A stretch of 20,921 nucleotides of DNA from contig PRDJ01000055.1 of the NCBI GenBank assembly GCA_003345555.1, positions 1 through 20,921 on the forward strand. The letters are read 5' to 3'. The notes beneath the pieces were generated by a model. That model made no database searches. It had not been told where the DNA came from and worked only from the letters and a program-made list of their open reading frames with translations. Below, one piece after another: positions 16,407 to 20,921 of the stretch (position 1 is the stretch's first letter; the number at the start of each line of letters is the position of its first letter). Source of the DNA: Candidatus Thorarchaeota archaeon (GTDB taxonomy: Archaea; Asgardarchaeota; Thorarchaeia; Thorarchaeales; Thorarchaeaceae). Position numbers and translations under genes: made by a program.

Positions 16407-18767
16407 ATGCAAACGGGACTATTCAGTACATTTCTGAGTATGACGCTTCCCGAACAACTCATGGTCTTCTCCGTGGTCGGAGCCGCAGTCGTGAGCCTGA
16501 TTTACGCGTACTGGCTCTGGTCGGGTGTCAAGGCCAAGGACAAAGGCACAGAACAGATGATTGCAGTCTGGAGCGCAGTCAGAGAAGGCGCACTAGCCTA
16601 CCTCAAACGTCAGCTCAAGACCGTTCTTCCGATTCTGGCATTGCTCACGGTCCTGCTATTTGGGAGCGTCTATATCGTGCTGCCAACTCAGGAGGCATAT
16701 GGTGTCTTCGGGTACGGGACCATGTCGGTCTTCGGCTTCGAGGTTGAGACAGCCATGATCATGGTTGCGATAGGTAGGACGATTGCTTTCCTAATGGGCG
16801 GGTGCTTCTCGCTTCTTGTAGGCCAGCTCGGTATGCGGGTTGCAGTCAACTCCAATGTTCGAGTTGCTCAAGCCACTCGAGAGGCGGGTGAGCGTGGAGA
16901 ACGCTACAATCATGCGCTTGAGATCGCCTATCACGGTGGTACCTTTACGGGTATGCTTACTGACGGTCTCGGGTTGATGGGTGGCACTACAATCTTCATA
17001 TTCTTCGGTGCCGCAGCCCCTGACGCTCTGCTAGGATTCGGCCTCGGCGGTACACTGCTTGCTCTCTTCATGCGAGTGGGCGGTGGCATCTACACGAAGG
17101 CAGCCGACGTAGGCGCAGACCTCGTCGGCAAAGTTGAACAAGGCCTGCCCGAAGACGATCCGCGGAACGCAGCCGTCATTGCTGACCTCGTGGGAGACAA
17201 CGTTGGCGATTGTGCCGGTATGGCCGCAGACATCTTCGAGTCTTATGAAGTCACCATAGTTTCAGCTCTGATTATCGGTATCGCTCTCTACCTCAACCCT
17301 GACCCCGTCTTCGGTGGCAAGCTGATTTGGATTGTGTTCCCACTTGTTGTGCGCGGGGTTGGTGTCATTTCGTCTATGATTGGTACCTACGCTGTGGCCC
17401 TGTGGGGCAAGTTCCTTCATAGAGAAGTCGGTGCTGAGCACGCAATGTTCATGTCCTACGAACTGTCAAGCGCATTCACCATTTGTGTTTCCATCGTAAT
17501 CTCATACTTTTACATGGGCGACATCCGATACGGAATTCTGATAGGCATCGGTGTCATGCTTGCAGTCTCATTCAATCCCATCACAAGCTACTTCACTTCG
17601 ACAGAGAAGGCTCCTGTGAAGGAAATGAAGAAATCAACGGACACAGGTACAGCTACATTGATACTCTCGGGGCTTGCCTCGGGTTACGAATCGACAGTGG
17701 CTGCACTGCTGGCCATCGTAACTACCTTTGTGCTCTCGTGGATTTTGTTCTTCGGTGCCCCCGATCCAATATTCGTGCTCTATGCCATTGCTCTGGTCGG
17801 CATCGGGATGTTGACACACACCGGCAACAACGTGGCCATGGATTCCTATGGTCCAATCAGCGACAACGCAGGCGGCATCGGTGAACTGTCACCGGGCGAT
17901 TTCGATGAGACCGCGCAGCAGGTAATGGCTGATTTAGATGCTGTCGGCAACACTACAAAGGCAATCACAAAGGGTGTGGCAATTGCGTCTGCAGTAATTG
18001 CAGCAGTCAGTCTGTTCAACAGTTTCATTGTGACATCGGGCTTGACTGCAATTCGTCTGTCGGAACCAATTGTGTTCTCAGGGCTTTTGATTGGTGCCTC
18101 AATCCCGTGGATATTCTCAGCTCTGAACATTAAGGCCGTTGCACGCGCAGCAGGACAGATGGTCAACGAAGTCCGTAGGCAGTTCCGAATACCTGGTGTC
18201 CTCGAAGGCACCAAGAAGCCTGACTACGACAAGGCTGTCGCCATTTCAACCGGAGCCGCTCAGAAAGAGCTAGTCAGCTTGGCTGTGCTCGCAATTGCGT
18301 CCCCTCTAGTAGTCGGTATATTGCTGAACGTAGAGGCGCTTGGTGGCTTTCTGGCAGGCATAATCGTTTCCGGTCAGCTGCTTGCTGTGTTCATGGCAAA
18401 CACCGGAGCAGCATGGGACAACACAAAGAAGTCCATCGAAGATGAGCCACGCGACCCTAAGAACAATACTGGAAAGGGCTCAGAGCGCCACAAGTCAAGT
18501 GTTGTGGGTGACACTGTTGGAGATCCTCTGAAGGATACTGCCGGTCCTTCGCTGAACCCAATGATTAAGGTAATCAACTTGATCTCCCTCATTATTGCTC
18601 CGATACTTGTGGCCTACCGATTTGGACCAAACATGCTCATGAACCTCGAGCTCGCTGTGATGGTAGTGGTCCTGCTGGCACTCGTGTTCTGGGCTCTGCG
18701 CAAGAGCACCAAGCCAGCAGACTTCGGTGTCCAGAAGAAGGGCAAAGCTGAAGAAGCTGTGCAGTAA
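16407..18767 (+). CDS. hppA: Membrane-bound H+-translocating pyrophosphatase, K+-independent type
   Basis: GGIYTKAADVGADLVGKVE and EDDPRNAAVIADLVGDNVGD motifs; GNTTKA has Lys at the GNxx(A/K) determinant. ATG 16407 has an SD, so it is preferred over 16377. Confidence 0.95.
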   Translation: MQTGLFSTFLSMTLPEQLMVFSVVGAAVVSLIYAYWLWSGVKAKDKGTEQMIAVWSAVREGALAYLKRQLKTVLPILALLTVLLFGSVYIVLPTQEAYGVFGYGTMSVFGFEVETAMIMVAIGRTIAFLMGGCFSLLVGQLGMRVAVNSNVRVAQATREAGERGERYNHALEIAYHGGTFTGMLTDGLGLMGGTTIFIFFGAAAPDALLGFGLGGTLLALFMRVGGGIYTKAADVGADLVGKVEQGLPEDDPRNAAVIADLVGDNVGDCAGMAADIFESYEVTIVSALIIGIALYLNPDPVFGGKLIWIVFPLVVRGVGVISSMIGTYAVALWGKFLHREVGAEHAMFMSYELSSAFTICVSIVISYFYMGDIRYGILIGIGVMLAVSFNPITSYFTSTEKAPVKEMKKSTDTGTATLILSGLASGYESTVAALLAIVTTFVLSWILFFGAPDPIFVLYAIALVGIGMLTHTGNNVAMDSYGPISDNAGGIGELSPGDFDETAQQVMADLDAVGNTTKAITKGVAIASAVIAAVSLFNSFIVTSGLTAIRLSEPIVFSGLLIGASIPWIFSALNIKAVARAAGQMVNEVRRQFRIPGVLEGTKKPDYDKAVAISTGAAQKELVSLAVLAIASPLVVGILLNVEALGGFLAGIIVSGQLLAVFMANTGAAWDNTKKSIEDEPRDPKNNTGKGSERHKSSVVGDTVGDPLKDTAGPSLNPMIKVINLISLIIAPILVAYRFGPNMLMNLELAVMVVVLLALVFWALRKSTKPADFGVQKKGKAEEAVQ

Positions 18768-18780
18768 TCTCTAGGAATCT

Positions 18781-18820
18781 GAAGGTGGCAAACATCGCCA
18801 CCTTCTACTCTTTCTTTTAT
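18781..18820 (+). terminator. Hairpin + T-rich terminator after hppA
   Basis: Perfect 9-bp stem GAAGGTGGC (18781-89)/GCCACCTTC (18797-805), 7-nt loop, followed by TACTCTTTCTTTTAT. Confidence 0.75.
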
Positions 18821-18829
18821 CCGACGTAA

Positions 18830-19060
18830 CGTGAGCAGTGGGTTTCAGGCTCACTCAGGTTTTCCGGTCGGAAGGCTCAAGCGGTCCTCCCTCTGCTTGG
18901 AAAGCGCTCCACAGGATTAATCTGTCCGTTTCACTCAAGGCCAGATGCTGAATTCACCGCGAAGAGAGGTGGGTCCGGCCTCAGGCAAAAGAGAAGTAGT
19001 TGGTATTCGCGTGGTTAGGAGGGGAGATATGTTGAATACCCGAAGTCGGACCTCGGCGTA
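18830..19060. ncRNA. Candidate structured RNA of unknown family (strand uncertain; a minus-strand TATA lies at 19083-19075)
   Basis: Lies between convergent genes with no credible ORF. Nested stems GGTCCG/CGGACC and GGTATTC/GAATACC plus further hairpins. No recognisable family motif. Confidence 0.3.
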
Positions 19061-19192
19061 TCCGCGATTATTAGTATATTAAACATTGAGATGCGTGATT
19101 TTTCTAATCAGCAGATTCTGAATCGACCGAGATGTTCGAGCTAGATTACTATCGAATCTTCTGATTGGGCAGACTGATGCTCGAATGAGCAA

Positions 19193-19555
19193 TCAATAAC
19201 CGTATTCCTGCCCTAGTCTCTGCCTATACCACCTGAGTCCACGTTTGGTCATTTGATAAGATGACTGGAGCTCCTCGATCAATCCCATTTCCACCATGCT
19301 CTGAAGAACTCCGAAGAGTTTGTCTTCCGATGCTCCGGTGACTTCAAGTAACTTAGGGAATGTCAACTTGCCTTCGCGTCTTAGATGTTGAGCTATGTCG
19401 AACTTGCCGACTGCCCTAGTCTCTCCACGATTGATTATGTGTCCACAGTTGGTGCAGAGCAAATCTCCCTTCAAATCGTCTCTCGCGACCTCGTTGCTTC
19501 CACACACTGGACATGTCGAGTGAGAGAACCTGAGACTGCGCCTGTTCTGTGACAT
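19193..19555 (-). CDS. TFIIB-type zinc ribbon + winged-helix small protein
   Basis: CPVCGSNEVARDDLKGDLLCTNCGHII followed by a wHTH-like segment (LTFPKLLEVTG...LQSMVEMGLIE...YQMTKRG). Start is ATG 19555 or GTG 19573. Confidence 0.75.
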   Translation of the reverse strand: MSQNRRSLRFSHSTCPVCGSNEVARDDLKGDLLCTNCGHIINRGETRAVGKFDIAQHLRREGKLTFPKLLEVTGASEDKLFGVLQSMVEMGLIEELQSSYQMTKRGLRWYRQRLGQEYGY

Positions 19556-19615
19556 TTTTCCGTCCAGCGGCACAGTACGGGATTCTTGATAAGACTAGCG
19601 AAGGCGCAACATCCG

Positions 19616-20143
19616 TTATTCCTCGGGCGGTGGAGTCTTCTCTTCTGACAGTCGCTGGAAGAATGCTTCGAAATCGACTTCGAAAGGCACCCTTGGTCCG
19701 GGCCTGACCCGCTTTCTTGCCTTGTCAATCTCTACATACTGCTGCTTGGCGAGTTCCCGAAGGTCCTCAAGGACGCTTCTCGAAGTCTTCCTTCGCAAGT
19801 CTCTGACTTGGTCCATTGGCACCCACCCGCCATCCCTGTAGGCGAGCGTGATTACAGTCAGCAGAGTGGCGGCAAGACGGTCCGGTAATTGCTCTTCATC
19901 GCTCAACGAGTCTACGGTTCCTTTTGTATCCAGATAGAACACACGGCCAATAGGATTGTACCGAATCGTCATCCCTAATGGCAACAATCGGTCTTCAAGC
20001 TCGGAGAGTCTCCGAAACAAGTGATGTCTTCCGACATCTTCAGGTAGCCCGAGCGCATCCAGCATGTCGTCGACCCCTGCCCCGATGACACTGCCTGACC
20101 GTGTAATCAGTTTTAGAATCACCCAGTATTCGTTGGTCAACAT
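19616..20143 (-). CDS. Kite protein (tandem winged helix; ScpB/Nse1/Nse3-like)
   Basis: WH-A ending LSELEDRLLPLGMTIRY...VFYL; WH-B TLLTVITLAYRDGG.V....VRDLR...LRELAKQQYVEI resembles ScpB. Starts 3 nt after the kleisin-like gene's stop. Confidence 0.65.
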   Translation of the reverse strand: MLTNEYWVILKLITRSGSVIGAGVDDMLDALGLPEDVGRHHLFRRLSELEDRLLPLGMTIRYNPIGRVFYLDTKGTVDSLSDEEQLPDRLAATLLTVITLAYRDGGWVPMDQVRDLRRKTSRSVLEDLRELAKQQYVEIDKARKRVRPGPRVPFEVDFEAFFQRLSEEKTPPPEE

Positions 20144-20146
20144 TGC

Positions 20147-20788
20147 TTACGACTCCGCCCTTGTCACAGTTCTGGTCTTTGGGTCATAGCTCAGCATGCC
20201 CTTTGATATCAAGACTATGAGGAATAGGAAACGTCTAAGAAACTCTTCAAGATCCTCAACCGCGAGAAGTTCGTCGATTCTAAGGGCTCTACCAACGGGC
20301 ACTGTGGTGACAAAACGATTCAGTTCCTCAATGAAGATTGAGCTCTCGCTCGCAAAAACGAAGTCATCTGGGACTCCTGACATCATTGGTGGTATTTCAT
20401 CAGGGGGCCGCTGACTGTGAAGGTCAATCATTTTCATGATTCGTTCCATCGATTTGTCAAGTGAATCCGGACTGATGTGCATCTGTCTCACGGGCTGCGA
20501 AGAGCGGAAGAGAGTTGCCAGCTTCTTCGCACTCAGTAGTCTCAGTTTGTCTACATAGAGCTCCGGAGTCGCAACAACACGCGCCATTTCTTGGATCCTA
20601 GTTACTTTGAATCCCAGAGCCTCGTTCAGCAGCTCGTCAATATCCAGTCTTCGATCAATCCGGGCTGCAATCTGTTGCAGTTTCCGATATGGTTCAGTGA
20701 GGCGAACAGACAGCGGGTCCGTTTTTCCACTTCGAATGCTCTCGGCAATATCAGCTACTTGGCGACTTAGTTCTTGGAGTTCGCTCGT
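20147..20788 (-). CDS. Kleisin (ScpA/Nse4-like), probably initiated at ACG 20788 (ORF track gives only 20147-20587)
   Basis: The frame is open for 69 codons upstream of ATG 20587 and encodes IRSGKTDPLSVRLTEPYRKL...LDIDELL (ScpA N-terminal GKxDP motif). C-terminal EFLRRFLFLIVLISKGMLSYD matches the kleisin C-terminal winged helix. Confidence 0.65.
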   Translation of the reverse strand, partial: TSELQELSRQVADIAESIRSGKTDPLSVRLTEPYRKLQQIAARIDRRLDIDELLNEALGFKVTRIQEMARVVATPELYVDKLRLLSAKKLATLFRSSQPVRQMHISPDSLDKSMERIMKMIDLHSQRPPDEIPPMMSGVPDDFVFASESSIFIEELNRFVTTVPVGRALRIDELLAVEDLEEFLRRFLFLIVLISKGMLSYDPKTRTVTRAES

Positions 20789-20802
20789 CTGGCATCATCC
20801 TC

Positions 20803-20921
20803 CTATTCGCCTGAGAAGCTAGGACTTTCAATGATTACTGAAGGTTCAACGCCATTGGGCGAGACGACTCCTATCCTTTTGTCAGCGTGTCTCAACAAGT
20901 GAGTGCTCTTTGCCGGTGTAA
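20803..20921 (-). CDS. smc: C-terminal end of an SMC-family ATPase (5' truncated by window)
   Basis: The frame from 20919 reads TPAKSTHLLRHADKRIGVVSPNGVEPSVIIESPSFSGE*. It resembles SMC head tails (..IT..MM..ADKIIGV...NGVS.V) and lies directly upstream of kleisin- and kite-like genes. Only 38 aa are visible. Confidence 0.6.
   Translation of the reverse strand, partial: TPAKSTHLLRHADKRIGVVSPNGVEPSVIIESPSFSGE

Noticed and set aside
18907-18920. ORB-like TCCACAGGA (replication origin)
   Set aside because: Single partial match with no G-string, no repeats and no cdc6/orc1 in the window.
18856-18985. Resemblance to RNase P RNA (GAGG..GUCCGG, GUGAAACGG) or SRP RNA helix 8
   Set aside because: The similar fragments lie on different strands, and the invariant GAGGAAnnUCC, CR-V and GNRA/AGCAG motifs are missing.
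19017-19082. AGGAGG + ATG 19029 17-aa mini-ORF, and a telomere-like GGTTAGG
   Set aside because: Both are too short to distinguish from chance, and the peptide has no features.
19172-19194. CTGATG followed by a hairpin, resembling a hammerhead core
   Set aside because: It lacks CUGAUGA/GAAA and stems I/III. More likely a simple 3' hairpin of the minus-strand gene.
34-20822. Numerous short ORF-track entries antisense to or overlapping the called genes (e.g. 517-1110, 2191-2526, 3594-4031, 12990-13709, 15637-16038, 17483-17884, 20607-20822)
   Set aside because: They are shadow frames of well-supported genes, with no recognisable motifs.
19193-20921. Wadjet (JetABCD/MksBEFG) defence system
   Set aside because: The order is SMC-kleisin-kite rather than kleisin-kite-SMC, and the fourth gene has no toprim nuclease domain. 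It cannot be fully excluded without the sequence beyond the window.
1-20921. CRISPR arrays, IS elements, rRNA
   Set aside because: None seen on either strand.

Overview
Archaeal chromosomal window, inferred to be Asgard (Thorarchaeia-like) from the longin-domain gene, ZPR1, an adaptin-appendage-like protein and archaeal TATA/SD signals. It is gene-dense, with no recognisable CRISPR array, integrase or transposase. Ordinary genes: 2-oxoacid:ferredoxin oxidoreductase alpha (partial) and beta, a TspO-like membrane protein, ubiX, a DUF2070 protein, a PadR regulator with a heterodimeric ABC exporter, zpr1, tRNA-Ala(UGC) and a K+-independent hppA. Unusual items: (1) a minus-strand operon at the right edge, SMC-ATPase tail (SMC5/6-type 'TP') > kleisin > single kite > TFIIB-type Zn-ribbon/winged-helix protein; the SMC tail and kleisin N-terminal domain are missing from the ORF track, and the kleisin appears to start at ACG; (2) a 758-aa protein with eight alternating C3H zinc ribbons fused to an adaptin/coatomer-appendage-like module; (3) an adjacent SAMHD1/dGTPase-like HD protein that has lost all four metal ligands; (4) a longin + tandem winged-helix protein resembling NPRL2/3; (5) an unexplained structured 425-nt intergenic region. 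All domain calls come from motif reading by eye, not database searches.
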